Source: Candidatus Latescibacterota bacterium (GTDB taxonomy: Bacteria > Latescibacterota > UBA2968 > UBA8231). From it: 64,000 nt of DNA. The position numbers were made by a program, and so were the translations under genes. Below the pieces are notes generated by a model that ran no database searches, had not been told where the DNA came from, and saw only the letters and a program-made list of their open reading frames with translations. The stretch lies in contig CBDFJF010000002.1 in NCBI GenBank assembly GCA_965248265.1, forward strand, positions 2,976,001 through 3,040,000, in the 5' to 3' direction. Shown here piece by piece: positions 40,533 through 50,721 of the stretch. Each line of letters opens with the position of its first letter. Position 1 is the first letter of the stretch.

Positions 40533-41206
40533 AGCAGATTAGGGACACCGCCTCCCTGCTCTGGCGTTTTCGCTATCACCTTCTCTGCACGATTATCGCT
40601 GTCGCTCTTTGGGACACCTCTTTTATCTATCCCTTTCGGCTTTTCATGGTTGTCGTCCACGAGGTCTGTCACGCCGCGGCCGCGATAGCAACCGGTGGGG
40701 AGGTGCTGGAGATGAAGACGCAGTGGGATGAGTCTGGTCATACCCTGACCAGGGGTGGGCTGTTTCCCATCATCAGCACCGCCGGTTACGTAGGTTCAGC
40801 CGTTCTTGGCTCCCTGCTCATTTACACTGGAAAGTCTCCGCGACTGCAACGATTGGTACTAGCTGGCATTGGCACCGCGACGATGGGGATGACGATGTGG
40901 TACACTCCTCTGGGAGAGATGGATTCCTATCTGGGTATCTTCGGGGGCTTGTTGCTCTTGTGCATGGCGATCAAGTCGCAACGGGCCTCCAGGGCGGCAG
41001 CTACCTGGCTCGGTATCATGCTGTGCCTTTACAGCTTGCACGACTTCCGTACTGATCTGTGGTCGTATCCCGAGATGACGGATGCCGGAATACTGGCTCG
41101 CAACTGGGGAGTGCCCATCCTCGCCTATCCGATCGCCCTGACCTGGGTGTTGTTATCCCTGGGTCTCATGTACAGGGCGTTACGCGCCGTCGTCAAGGAT
41201 AGTTGA
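40529..41206 (+). CDS. M50B family intramembrane metallopeptidase
   Basis: HEVCH (HExxH), AGY.GS, TDA..LA; multiple TM segments. Confidence 0.85.
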   Translation: MKQIRDTASLLWRFRYHLLCTIIAVALWDTSFIYPFRLFMVVVHEVCHAAAAIATGGEVLEMKTQWDESGHTLTRGGLFPIISTAGYVGSAVLGSLLIYTGKSPRLQRLVLAGIGTATMGMTMWYTPLGEMDSYLGIFGGLLLLCMAIKSQRASRAAATWLGIMLCLYSLHDFRTDLWSYPEMTDAGILARNWGVPILAYPIALTWVLLSLGLMYRALRAVVKDS

Positions 41207-41231
41207 CCCTGTTTTGAGCGCCCGGTATCTT
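41203..41231 (+). promoter_or_regulatory. Sigma70-type promoter for proS
   Basis: TTGACC-17 bp-TATCTT. Confidence 0.55.
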
Positions 41232-41290
41232 GGGTTTTCTACCTGAAAACCCACCATCAAAGAGAGAAACACCAAAGGGAGACGACGACG

Positions 41291-43066
41291 ATGAGGATGA
41301 GCGGGCTGTTCAGCCAGACGCTCAGGGAAGCACCCGCTGATGCCGAGGTGCAAAGCCACATTTTACTGTTGCGGGCCGGATTCATCAGACAACTGGCGAG
41401 TGGAATCTTCAGCTACCTGCCGCTTGCCCGCCGAGCCCTGACCAAGATCGAGGGGCTCATCCGCTCCGAGATCGATGACATCGGTGGGCAAGAGATCACC
41501 ATGCCGGTCGTGCATCCGGCAGACATATGGAAGGAGACCGGCCGCTGGTACCAGATCGATGCCGAGATGAGCCGCTTCCAGGACCGTGGCGATCGCGATA
41601 TGGTACTGGCAATGACGCATGAGGAGGTCGTCGCTGATCTCGTGCGCCGGGAGATCAAATCATACCGGCAACTGCCGCAGTTGATCTACCAGATTCAGAC
41701 CAAGTGGCGTGATGATCCGCGACCGCGCTCGGGATTGCTGAGGGTACGTGAGTTCACGATGAAGGACAGTTATTCCCTCGATACGGATGCCGCAGGTCTG
41801 GAGAACCAGTACCGGGCGCACTACCAGGCCTACTACAACATTTTTCATCGATGCGGACTGCCCATGCGCACGGTCAAGGCGGATGCCGGCATGATGGGGG
41901 GGAACCTCGGGCACGAGTTCATCTACCCGACACCCATCGGCGAGGATACCATCCTGCTGTGCGACAGCTGTGGCTACTCAGCCAATGGCCAGATCGCTGC
42001 GTTCCGCAAGGAGGCCGCGGAGGCAGAGACGCCGGCAGACCAGGAGCGGGTTGCGACTCCTGACACGCCCACCATAGAGTCGCTTGCCGAACTCCTCGAT
42101 ATCCCGAAACGAAAGACCGCCAAGGCGCTGTTCGTCGTCGGCACTTTCAAGGACGACGACGGAGCCGATGTCGACAAGCTGATCCTGGCCGTGATTCGCG
42201 GGGATATGGATGTCAGCGATACCAAGCTGGCCAATGCCTCTGGTGCCGTCGCTCTGAGGCCGGCTCGCGAAGAGGAGATTTCCGCCAGTGGAGCTGTTGC
42301 CGGGTACGCTTCTCCGATCGGTCTCCGGGAAGTCGTCGTGATCGCGGACGATTCCATCCCCAGCTCCCCCAATCTTGTTGCGGGAGCCAACGAGGCGGGG
42401 TACCACATCAAAAACGTCAACTACGGCCGGGATTTCGAAGCCGAAACCGTCGTCGACATTGCGGCGGCCGCGGCCGGATACGCCTGTCCTGAGTGTGGTG
42501 ACCCTCTTGGTGCCAGTCGCGGAGTGGAAACCGGACACATATTCCAGCTCGGTACCAAGTACAGTGATACCATGGGCTGTCAGTTTCTCGATCAGAACGG
42601 GAAGGCCCAACCGGTCATCATGGGGTCCTACGGTATCGGAGTCGGGCGCCTGTTGGCCTGCATCGCCGAAGAGCATCACGATAGCGATGGGCTGATCTGG
42701 CCGATTTCGGTGGCTCCGTTCGTCGTCCACATTGTCTCATTGGCAAAGGGTGACGGTCCGGCAACTGACGCCTCAAAGAAGCTCTACGCGGAATTGAAGG
42801 TCCTCGGCATCGAAGTCCTCTACGACGATCGCTCCGAAAACGCGGGAGTCAAGTTCAAGGACGCCGACCTGATCGGAGTACCTGTGCGGATCACGGTGGG
42901 AGATCGCTCACTGAAGCAGGGTAACTTAGAGGTGTCGTTGAGGAGTGATCCGAAAGAGAAGATTGATGTGCCGGTAGCGAGCATCGTCCAGCATGTGTGC
43001 GAGACGATCGAGCGGCTTCAACAGGAAATCGACGCCCGCGTCGTCGACGTGGAATACAAGGAGTAA
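41291..43066 (+). CDS. proS: Proline--tRNA ligase (bacterial type with INS editing domain)
   Basis: MTHEE, RPRSGLLRVREFTMKDSYS, GHIFQLGTKYS, MGSYGIGVGR. Confidence 0.97.
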   Translation: MRMSGLFSQTLREAPADAEVQSHILLLRAGFIRQLASGIFSYLPLARRALTKIEGLIRSEIDDIGGQEITMPVVHPADIWKETGRWYQIDAEMSRFQDRGDRDMVLAMTHEEVVADLVRREIKSYRQLPQLIYQIQTKWRDDPRPRSGLLRVREFTMKDSYSLDTDAAGLENQYRAHYQAYYNIFHRCGLPMRTVKADAGMMGGNLGHEFIYPTPIGEDTILLCDSCGYSANGQIAAFRKEAAEAETPADQERVATPDTPTIESLAELLDIPKRKTAKALFVVGTFKDDDGADVDKLILAVIRGDMDVSDTKLANASGAVALRPAREEEISASGAVAGYASPIGLREVVVIADDSIPSSPNLVAGANEAGYHIKNVNYGRDFEAETVVDIAAAAAGYACPECGDPLGASRGVETGHIFQLGTKYSDTMGCQFLDQNGKAQPVIMGSYGIGVGRLLACIAEEHHDSDGLIWPISVAPFVVHIVSLAKGDGPATDASKKLYAELKVLGIEVLYDDRSENAGVKFKDADLIGVPVRITVGDRSLKQGNLEVSLRSDPKEKIDVPVASIVQHVCETIERLQQEIDARVVDVEYKE

Positions 43067-43082
43067 CACCGCGGACTCTGCC

Positions 43083-44348
43083 TTACGCTGGTGCTGGACC
43101 GGTCCCCTTATGTGAACGGTGGAGCGTGATCAGAGGCGCCTCCGGTGGACAGCCAAGGCGGAAGGGGAACCAGTGGCCGACTCCGGCCGAGGTGTAAAGC
43201 TGGCGGTGCCCTTTCGCGTAGTGACCCCATATGTAGCGATCGGGGTACCAGGTCTCGAACAGGCTGCGTCCACCAGCCCCTACCTGGAATCCGTGTGTGT
43301 GCCCTGAGAGCGTCAGGTCGATTCCCAGCGGTGCTGCAAAGTCGAACGCCAGAGAGCGATGACTCAGCAACAACCTGAAGCCACTGCTCGGGGTGTTTTG
43401 CTGGCTCTCGTCCACAAAGCGCTCCAGCCTTGCCAATGAATCTGGCCCCCTCATCCACTGCGGATCATCACATCCACTGATGAACAGGGGGGCAACGTCC
43501 GCCTCCGTGCTCGTTTTTCCAGCCCGCGTAAGAACGGTGAGTCCGTCGTTGACGAGCAGCTGAATCTGCGACCGCTCGAAACACCGAAGCACCTGATTGA
43601 GTCCCCGGAAGTGTTCGTGATTACCGAGGCTCGCAAAAACTCCCGCCGCCGGAGATACCTGTTCGATGATGGTGAGGGCGTCCAGGTACCAGGGCATGTG
43701 GTCACAGATGTCACCGGTGACGACAATCAGGTCTGGTTCAAGCTCGGAGGTGTGCTGCGCCAGTCGCTCCAGGTCTTGCCGGTCCAAGTACGGGCCCAGA
43801 TGAATGTCGCTCAGATGGAGAATCCTGAATCCATCCAGGGGTCCGGCGAGGTCCGGATAGGCGAGCTCAACAGGAACGATGCGGGCAGGCGTGGAGGAGC
43901 GTACCAGACCATACCCTGCTGTGGCGCCAGTCAACATTGGCACCGTTGCCAACGTCGAGTGAAGGAAGCGGCGCCGGCTGGTCCTCGCCCCGACCGTTCT
44001 GGAATCGGTGGCAACACCAGACTGATACCGTACTGCCCGATGGATCGCATCCGCGATCAACTCCACGCCGCGTACCACGCTGGTAAAGGCCAGAGCGATC
44101 AGCAAGCTCATCAGAAGTACCAAAATGCTTGCGAGGCTGCCGGCACCCAGCGTGGTCATGCCAGCAAATTGGTAGCTGTGTCCCAGGCTCCATAGGGCGC
44201 CAGCTATCAGCGCGGCGACGGGGACCCATTTCACGATTCGGCGTACCCAATGCCGCTTCCACCATGGGCGGTGGAGGGTTACAAGCAGAATGAGGTCCAG
44301 ACCGTACAGGAGGGTGAATAGCAGCGCTACAAAAAGGAAGATCCGCAT
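43083..44348 (-). CDS. Membrane-anchored metallophosphoesterase (YkuE-like)
   Basis: LSDIH, TGD, LGNHE, LLSH, SGHTHG. Confidence 0.9.
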   Translation of the reverse strand: MRIFLFVALLFTLLYGLDLILLVTLHRPWWKRHWVRRIVKWVPVAALIAGALWSLGHSYQFAGMTTLGAGSLASILVLLMSLLIALAFTSVVRGVELIADAIHRAVRYQSGVATDSRTVGARTSRRRFLHSTLATVPMLTGATAGYGLVRSSTPARIVPVELAYPDLAGPLDGFRILHLSDIHLGPYLDRQDLERLAQHTSELEPDLIVVTGDICDHMPWYLDALTIIEQVSPAAGVFASLGNHEHFRGLNQVLRCFERSQIQLLVNDGLTVLTRAGKTSTEADVAPLFISGCDDPQWMRGPDSLARLERFVDESQQNTPSSGFRLLLSHRSLAFDFAAPLGIDLTLSGHTHGFQVGAGGRSLFETWYPDRYIWGHYAKGHRQLYTSAGVGHWFPFRLGCPPEAPLITLHRSHKGTGPAPA

Positions 44349-44369
44349 GTAAGATGGACGCTCGGGAGG

Positions 44370-47300
44370 CTAGTGAGATTCCCCGGCACTGGATTTTTTC
44401 ATGGCCCAGACCCAGGAACCGAGGGTCAAGACCAAGGTAGCGCTCACCAGGATCCAGCCATGGATCTGGTATTCGAGCGCCGATTGAGTCAGCATCTGGT
44501 AGCCGCTTTCCAGGCTTCCCTTGAACAATCCGAAGAAGGCATAGGCCAGTATGTTGTCGCGCAGCAGGAAGATGATGACGAGGGCCATGAAGCCACTACT
44601 CAGCAGGGACATCGACAACGAGGCAGCGAATTCGCCGCCTGTCTGAACGGAAGCCCCCGCGCCACATGCTGACAGCACCAGTACGGCGGTCACGATGAGG
44701 GAAGGGCGCTTGATCACCCTCAGTGCATAGTAGATGATGACGCCCAGTCCGAAGGGAAACAAGAAAGCCAGTAACAACGCCCCACTCACCCCGGCCCAGG
44801 AAGGCAGCAGGCTGTCCAACCCAGCGGGAATCGGAAACCCACCAAACCCGAAATGCTGAGGATAGCTGTTGACGACGAGCAGTTTCACACGATCCACGGC
44901 CAGTCCGGCGAGCCAGGCGATACCAGCGATCCAGACAGCATCCCGCAGGTAGCGCCAACGCTCCTGCCGGATTCGCTGGAGACAGTCGGGGTAGAGGGCG
45001 GTAATCATGCCGATGGCACCGACCAGGCCGATACCGGTAAACAGCATGCCCAAAAATGTGAGCACGCACCTCGTGAGCAAGTACATTCCCTCTGGTTCTT
45101 GCGTGTCATAGCCGGCGTAAAAGGTGGTCAGGTTGTTGAGAAAAACAGTGAGAACGACTACCGCTGCCACGATACTGATGGCGACTGGATCTCTCCATCT
45201 AATGCTGCCACGGCGTATTTGCCTGATGAGGAGCCAGAGCAGATGCAGAATGACGGCAATACTCAGCGTTGGTCCTATCCAGCCGAGTACGGTGCGTAAG
45301 GTGCTGCTTTCGCGACGCTGGCGCAGCCACTCTTCCGGCAGCTTTATATAGCGACGCAGCGATACCGGCTGATCTCCAGCAATGCCAACGACGCAGCGAA
45401 AGAGCGATTCGTCGAGGTTGCGGCGATCTCCGGAACGGGCCTCGAATTCAAAGCTGTGATCGCGCCGAGCCAACAGCTTCTCCGAGGAGGCTTCCTTGAG
45501 TTCAAACGAGGCCGGATCCAGGCCGAACTGCCGCAGGTGGCGTTCGGCGATGACCCGGGCGCTGTCCTCATTCAGATCGGCGCCGGCTTCTTCTTCTTCC
45601 AACAGATGAGTGATCGCGTAGACGGATCCGTTCCGGACGTCGACGAACACGTGGTACTCTTCCTTCTGCAGTGGCTCAAAGAATCGGACCCGCCACAAAC
45701 AAGGGCTCAAGTCCTCGCTGTAGAGCCGGTTTACCTCCGCCATTCCCGCCCGCTCCATGCGGTACCTGCTGGCGTCACCGTCGAGTTGTTGATGTTGAGA
45801 GACGACGGTCTGATACGTCGCGGCGTCGAACGCTTTGGAGGCCAGATAGTCGAGTGCGATCTGCTCGGCCTGGTTCGCACTCACGCTGATGTCGAAGTCC
45901 GGTAACGGCTCCTCCGATTCGACAAGGAAGACGGACAGGAGTGCTGCTGCTACACCGCCGATGATGATGAGCCTTTTGGTTTTAAGGGGTCGGTAGCGGA
46001 CCTCGGGTACGGCCTCGGACAGCAGTGCTTCGGGACTGAGGCCCCGATCCACCGGTTGTCCGCTTGGAGCAATGGCGGGAGAATCCTCGCTGTTGAGCAG
46101 TGATGTAGGGTCCACGAAGAATCGGTGCCGCACATAGAGCGCGATGGCGACCACCAGAGGTAGCAACATGATTCCGACGGATATGGCCGCGGATACCACG
46201 AAGTAACTGTTCGACGAGCGCAACAGCACCATCGCTGTCAGCAGCGCGTCGATGGTATAATGCCAGACCAGGGCAGGCAGCAGTCCCCAACGCAATACCA
46301 CGTACCCGAACACGATGCCGACAAGGCCGAGTTCGATGCCGCGGATGTAGAATGGTTGCTGTGGATAGTTGGCGTGCGCGAAGCCCCACACCAGCGCCGG
46401 AATCACAACGGCCAGCCAGCGCCTTTTCAGGAAGCGCTGCAGAAAGGGGATGGCAAAGGCCCTCGAGGTGAACTCCTCGGATACAGCCGGCATGAACCCG
46501 ATGAGCAGGACGACGACCCATGGGATGTGGGTGTTCACCATTTCGGAGTAGGGAATGTCGGCCGGGCTCCAGGCTCCGAGCTTATCGGCAGCCAGATAGA
46601 AAAGCGCCTGATAGGCGACGAAAACGGCGGTCAGCGTCAGGCCGATGATGGTGCCCAGCAGAAAACGCTTGGTGCGGATGCCATCCGCAAGGAACTGCTC
46701 CGAGAGACTGATCTGTTGCGCGAAGCCACGGCGGTACTCAGGTTCCGCGCCCGCCGTGAGCACGGCTATGTACAGAGCGGACATGAAGGCGACGAGAACT
46801 CCCCACAGCAGCTTATCGGTGAGGAAGCTGCCATACGTCTCGGTAGTGTCGAAGTCGTACTCCGTCAACGGCAAGATGTTGAGCTGAGCCAGCAACGTCA
46901 GGACAAAAGCCGCGGACGCGAAAACGCCAACCGTTTTCCAACGGATGTTGTCTCGCCGGATGTTCATGACGATGAGGACGAGCATGGCGATCCAGATGAA
47001 GGCCATCAGTGTGTGGGCCACCAATCCTGTCGCGTCGTTGGCGGAACGCAGTTCCCGGTATTCCCGCTGCCAGGCTTCGGGCACCTTGAGGAACTCGCCG
47101 TAATTGCTGACAAGATCGCCCTGCACACCGACCCGAAAGCGGTAGGTCGCCTCCGCGATTTCGAAGGCCTTCAATTTCCAGGTGAAGGTGTGATCGGCAC
47201 GGCCGGGGCGTTGTGTCGTGACCGCCTCGACGAATTCGAGCGTGGCGAGGTCTCGCTGCATCGAGTGCTGGAGGAATTGCTCGGCCGCTTGCCGGGCCGT

Positions 47301-47744
47301 GTTTTGCTCTAGAAACGCACCCTTCTCTTCTTCGTCGATGAGATGCGCGAATCCGACCAGATCTCCCGTCGTCGTGTACTCGACGCGGAACTCTTCCTTT
47401 TGCAGTTCCTTCGCCCAGCGATTACTCCAGCGCCACAAGCGCACCGGATTGCCGATGACCTGTGTGGCCCCCTCGAGGCGCAGTTCGCGTTCAAGAAAGG
47501 TCTTTGCCTGATTATCGTATTCGAAGATGCCGCTGTGTCGGTATCCCTCCAGGTTGAAGCCTCGATGACGCAGAAAGGACTGCCCCTTGTCGCGGGCTTC
47601 GTCCCGGGTGATGCGAAAATCTATGGTTGCCTCGGGAAAAGCGGCATAGAAATAGTGAGTACCAATCAGCAGGCTCACGGCGGTGATACCGATGCAAACG
47701 GCAATCAGCCAGAGGTCCTTCTGTTGAAGGCGCTGTTCCATCAA
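44370..47744 (-). CDS. Large CPBP (type II CAAX/Abi) family intramembrane metalloprotease with duplicated extracytoplasmic domains
   Basis: SEEFTSR, WGFAH and WHY motifs; two similar soluble segments (E..VE...G...H.I.EEE.GA.L....AR..AE..L). Confidence 0.8.
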   Translation of the reverse strand: MMEQRLQQKDLWLIAVCIGITAVSLLIGTHYFYAAFPEATIDFRITRDEARDKGQSFLRHRGFNLEGYRHSGIFEYDNQAKTFLERELRLEGATQVIGNPVRLWRWSNRWAKELQKEEFRVEYTTTGDLVGFAHLIDEEEKGAFLEQNTARQAAEQFLQHSMQRDLATLEFVEAVTTQRPGRADHTFTWKLKAFEIAEATYRFRVGVQGDLVSNYGEFLKVPEAWQREYRELRSANDATGLVAHTLMAFIWIAMLVLIVMNIRRDNIRWKTVGVFASAAFVLTLLAQLNILPLTEYDFDTTETYGSFLTDKLLWGVLVAFMSALYIAVLTAGAEPEYRRGFAQQISLSEQFLADGIRTKRFLLGTIIGLTLTAVFVAYQALFYLAADKLGAWSPADIPYSEMVNTHIPWVVVLLIGFMPAVSEEFTSRAFAIPFLQRFLKRRWLAVVIPALVWGFAHANYPQQPFYIRGIELGLVGIVFGYVVLRWGLLPALVWHYTIDALLTAMVLLRSSNSYFVVSAAISVGIMLLPLVVAIALYVRHRFFVDPTSLLNSEDSPAIAPSGQPVDRGLSPEALLSEAVPEVRYRPLKTKRLIIIGGVAAALLSVFLVESEEPLPDFDISVSANQAEQIALDYLASKAFDAATYQTVVSQHQQLDGDASRYRMERAGMAEVNRLYSEDLSPCLWRVRFFEPLQKEEYHVFVDVRNGSVYAITHLLEEEEAGADLNEDSARVIAERHLRQFGLDPASFELKEASSEKLLARRDHSFEFEARSGDRRNLDESLFRCVVGIAGDQPVSLRRYIKLPEEWLRQRRESSTLRTVLGWIGPTLSIAVILHLLWLLIRQIRRGSIRWRDPVAISIVAAVVVLTVFLNNLTTFYAGYDTQEPEGMYLLTRCVLTFLGMLFTGIGLVGAIGMITALYPDCLQRIRQERWRYLRDAVWIAGIAWLAGLAVDRVKLLVVNSYPQHFGFGGFPIPAGLDSLLPSWAGVSGALLLAFLFPFGLGVIIYYALRVIKRPSLIVTAVLVLSACGAGASVQTGGEFAASLSMSLLSSGFMALVIIFLLRDNILAYAFFGLFKGSLESGYQMLTQSALEYQIHGWILVSATLVLTLGSWVWAMKKSSAGESH

Positions 47745-47929
47745 ATGATCTGAGTCAGCAGGTTTGGATATGCCGCGGTGACGCCGTCTGGAAGCGCACT
47801 GGGTATGCAGACGACAGGGCCTAGGTCGATGCGATCACGCGGGGATACAATAACATATCTGGACCCGCGAGGGAACGGTCAGAAGGGTCCAGCGGTGCTT
47901 GCGGAGAGTTGCTGAAGGAGTGGCTGCTC

Positions 47930-48121
47930 TCAGGCAACCAGGTCGATCTGGCCTCCGGTGCCGGAAGGGGATGGGGCCACGGACTGTATCAACGAGAGGG
48001 CAATGCTGCGCTGCGCCTCCAGTGCCTTGTCCAGCACGGCCACGGATTGCGTGGCCTGGAGGCGCTGTGCATTCAGAGCCGAAGCGGTGTCGATGATCAT
48101 GGAGGTCAGGTCGCCGCCCAT
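47930..48121 (-). CDS. YjfB-like putative motility protein
   Basis: SVAVLDKALE...A..LI...G.QIDLVA pattern. Confidence 0.7.
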   Translation of the reverse strand: MGGDLTSMIIDTASALNAQRLQATQSVAVLDKALEAQRSIALSLIQSVAPSPSGTGGQIDLVA

Positions 48122-48245
48122 GTAGATGATCTCGCTATTGTTTTTGATCAGGCTATCGCTGTTTTATTTGCGATTACGTCAACTGAATATCACATTTTCA
48201 GGCCGGTTGCACAAATCGAATCCACTGATTGCAGGGGAGATTGAG

Positions 48246-48962
48246 ATGACGCCGATTGACTACGGTCGCTCGTTTACTATCGGTACCATTGCTTCCAACG
48301 AGTGCCGGTTCTGGATCGAGTCGCGGTTGCGGTTTATCGACGAGCAAGAGGGGATTGTAGAAGACTACCTGCAAGGTGCCTCCTGCAAGTCGGAGTTCAC
48401 GTTTGTAGCTGCTGATCTTTTTCAGCAAGATAACTACGATTTCCTGCCCGTATTCGGCTCTGAACTCGGGATCTATTTCAGACGCAAGGCGTATCGAAAT
48501 GAAAACTACAAGACCTATGTGCCTAACTATGCGATGTTTGGCGGTGTCACCAAGCATCTGGTCGAAGCAGGGCATGCACGCGAGCTGGTGACGAACGAGC
48601 AAGTGCGGGAGGCCACTTACCGGATGTCCCCGATCGTCGCGCAGGTCGAGATCGCCAACCCTGACACTGGATTGCGAGCCATCATGGAGTTTCCGGTCAA
48701 AACCATGAACACGGAAAGAGAAGGGGACAACTATCAGGTCGACACCGGCCCCTTGGTCTTTCCGGACTTGAGCCACCGAGTGAAGCGTCGGGTCGAGTCG
48801 CTGTCACTGGCTTTCGTCGCGTTCAATTCTCCCCATTTCGCCGATTTCGTCCTGGAGAAACCGACAGAGATCACTCCGGACTCAGGCGAGGCCAGTTGCG
48901 AGGTGCATCACTTTTCGGAGTTGAGATCGTTGGGGAGTGTGAATAGGCTTTTCGAGCTTTGA
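48246..48962 (+). CDS. Hypothetical protein
   Basis: GGGGAG RBS; IDYGRSF, ASCKSE, MEFPVKTMN, YQVDTGP look like conserved motifs. Confidence 0.75.
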   Translation: MTPIDYGRSFTIGTIASNECRFWIESRLRFIDEQEGIVEDYLQGASCKSEFTFVAADLFQQDNYDFLPVFGSELGIYFRRKAYRNENYKTYVPNYAMFGGVTKHLVEAGHARELVTNEQVREATYRMSPIVAQVEIANPDTGLRAIMEFPVKTMNTEREGDNYQVDTGPLVFPDLSHRVKRRVESLSLAFVAFNSPHFADFVLEKPTEITPDSGEASCEVHHFSELRSLGSVNRLFEL

Positions 48963-48996
48963 GGGCAGTCAGACCCTAAAAACCTGCGAGGTTGAT

Positions 48997-49722
48997 GTGG
49001 ATCTTTTCGTCGGCACCAGTGGCTACAACTACAAGGAGTGGAAGGGTCCATTCTATCCCGAGCGTTTCGCGGATAAGGAGATGCTCGGATTCTACAGTGG
49101 GCACTTCAACAGCGTCGAGATCAACAACACCTTCTATCGCGTGCCCAAGCCTGAAGTCGTCGCATCGTGGGCTGAGCAGGTTCACCCGGCCTTCCGCTTT
49201 GTGCTCAAGGCGACAAGACGGATAACCCATCTCAAGAGGCTCAAGGGCGTCGAAGAGGAGGTCGAGTACTTTCTCTCGGTCTCCTCCCACCTTGGTGAGC
49301 GCATGGGCGCGTTGCTGTTTCAGCTGCCACCTACCTCAAAGAAAGACATCGAGCGCCTGACGACATTTGTAGGGTTGCTGCCAGAGGGGACGCGAGTGGC
49401 CATGGAGTTTCGTCACGACAGCTGGTTCGACGATGAGGTCTTCGAATGTCTGCGTGCCCGGGACGTCGCCTTGTGTTTCGCGCATGAAGATGGTGACGTC
49501 GCCGAGGATACGGACCGCAAGTTCGTGAGTACGTCGACGTGGGGGTATATGCGCCTGCGAGGCAGTGACTACACGCCCGCTGAGATGAACATGTGGTCGG
49601 CGAAGGCACATGCCCAGGATTGGCAGCGAGCCTTCGTTTTCTTCAAGCACGAGTCCGAAGGATTGGGTCCCAAACTGGCGACCAGCTTCATCGAAGCGTC
49701 ATCTGAGGCTGGCGGGGCTTGA
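48997..49722 (+). CDS. DUF72 family protein
   Basis: GTSGY.Y.EW.G.FYP, VEINNTFY, FQLPP, EFRH.SW, Y.RLR. Confidence 0.92.
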   Translation: MDLFVGTSGYNYKEWKGPFYPERFADKEMLGFYSGHFNSVEINNTFYRVPKPEVVASWAEQVHPAFRFVLKATRRITHLKRLKGVEEEVEYFLSVSSHLGERMGALLFQLPPTSKKDIERLTTFVGLLPEGTRVAMEFRHDSWFDDEVFECLRARDVALCFAHEDGDVAEDTDRKFVSTSTWGYMRLRGSDYTPAEMNMWSAKAHAQDWQRAFVFFKHESEGLGPKLATSFIEASSEAGGA

Positions 49723-50255
49723 AGAGGAAAATCGTCATCGTCGGCTATCGCGCTTCGGGCAAGTCCACCCTGGGCGGCATACTGGCCAGACGTTTGGAGT
49801 GGCCGCTGCTGGATATCGATCGCGGCATCGAGGAACGCATCGGTGGTACCAACCTGGCTGATTATTATCTACGGGAGGGCGAGGAGGGCTTCCGGCCGGT
49901 GGAAACCGAAGTCGTGATCGAGATGTGCTCGAAGCAGGAGTGTGTCATCTCATTCGGTGCCGGCACCTTGCAAACCCCGGCCAACCGGGAGCATGCCTGT
50001 CGTGACGCCTTCGTCGTCTACTTGAAGACAACGGCGGAGGAGTTGTGGCGGCGCATGGGAGCGGATCCCAACAGTGCCACAACCAGGCCTAATCTCGCAG
50101 GAGGTGGGCTTAGCGAGGTGATCGAGAAACTTACTGAGCGCGAGCCGGTGTACGAGCAGTGTGCCGATCTTGTCGTGGATGCCACAGAGCCGACGGATGT
50201 TCTTGCCGGCCAGGTAATCCGGGCATTCGAAGATTGGTCTCATCGTTCCAGGTGA
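49719..50255 (+). CDS. aroK: Shikimate kinase
   Basis: [10 protein letters not shown]-loop, D.D, GEEGFR, RP.L, R.PVY. Confidence 0.85.
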   Translation: MKRKIVIVGYRASGKSTLGGILARRLEWPLLDIDRGIEERIGGTNLADYYLREGEEGFRPVETEVVIEMCSKQECVISFGAGTLQTPANREHACRDAFVVYLKTTAEELWRRMGADPNSATTRPNLAGGGLSEVIEKLTEREPVYEQCADLVVDATEPTDVLAGQVIRAFEDWSHRSR

Positions 50256-50603
50256 ATGTCACCAAAATCAAGGAAGCGCTCCCAGTCGTAGTCGGTGACA
50301 TCGTGTCCACCGGGACGCAAATGGTGGCCGATCCTGCTCGCGCGCGGCTGCCCGATGACTGGCTGATCTACCTCTGGCGTCTCCACGTCTTGGGAAAGGC
50401 CCTCCGTGCCCAATAATTCGTAGACAGGCGATGCGTGTACGGCGCCGAGGTACTCCCAACGCGGATCGGACCACAGGTCCTCGGCGGCGCTTGATCCAAT
50501 CCTCCGCCTTGCTCACTCTACTGCCGTCCCGGAACATGAGCACGTCGGGCAGGATACCGGGTCCAGCAAGGGCTTCATCGTAGTTTGCTGGGGGCAGGGG
50601 CAA
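50240..50603 (-). pseudogene. Internally deleted CE15-like (glucuronoyl/acetylxylan) esterase
   Basis: N-terminus NYDE...LPDVL...DG..V..AEDW.KRR is joined out of frame to C-terminus [10 protein letters not shown]...SPVYELLG...[22 protein letters not shown]. Confidence 0.75.
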
Positions 50604-50721
50604 TTCGGTCCTCCTGTTCGGTGGTTAAGATCCGGGTTCAAACCTACGTCTGCGGAGAAGCCGGGGCGAGTTCGGATTTGATCCATCAACCAACATATCC
50701 AATCTGCCAGGGAGTTTCCCG

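Noticed and set aside
50619-50645. tRNA-like words GTGGTTAAG and GGGTTCAAACC
   Set aside because: No anticodon arm or acceptor stem; the spacing is incompatible with a tRNA.
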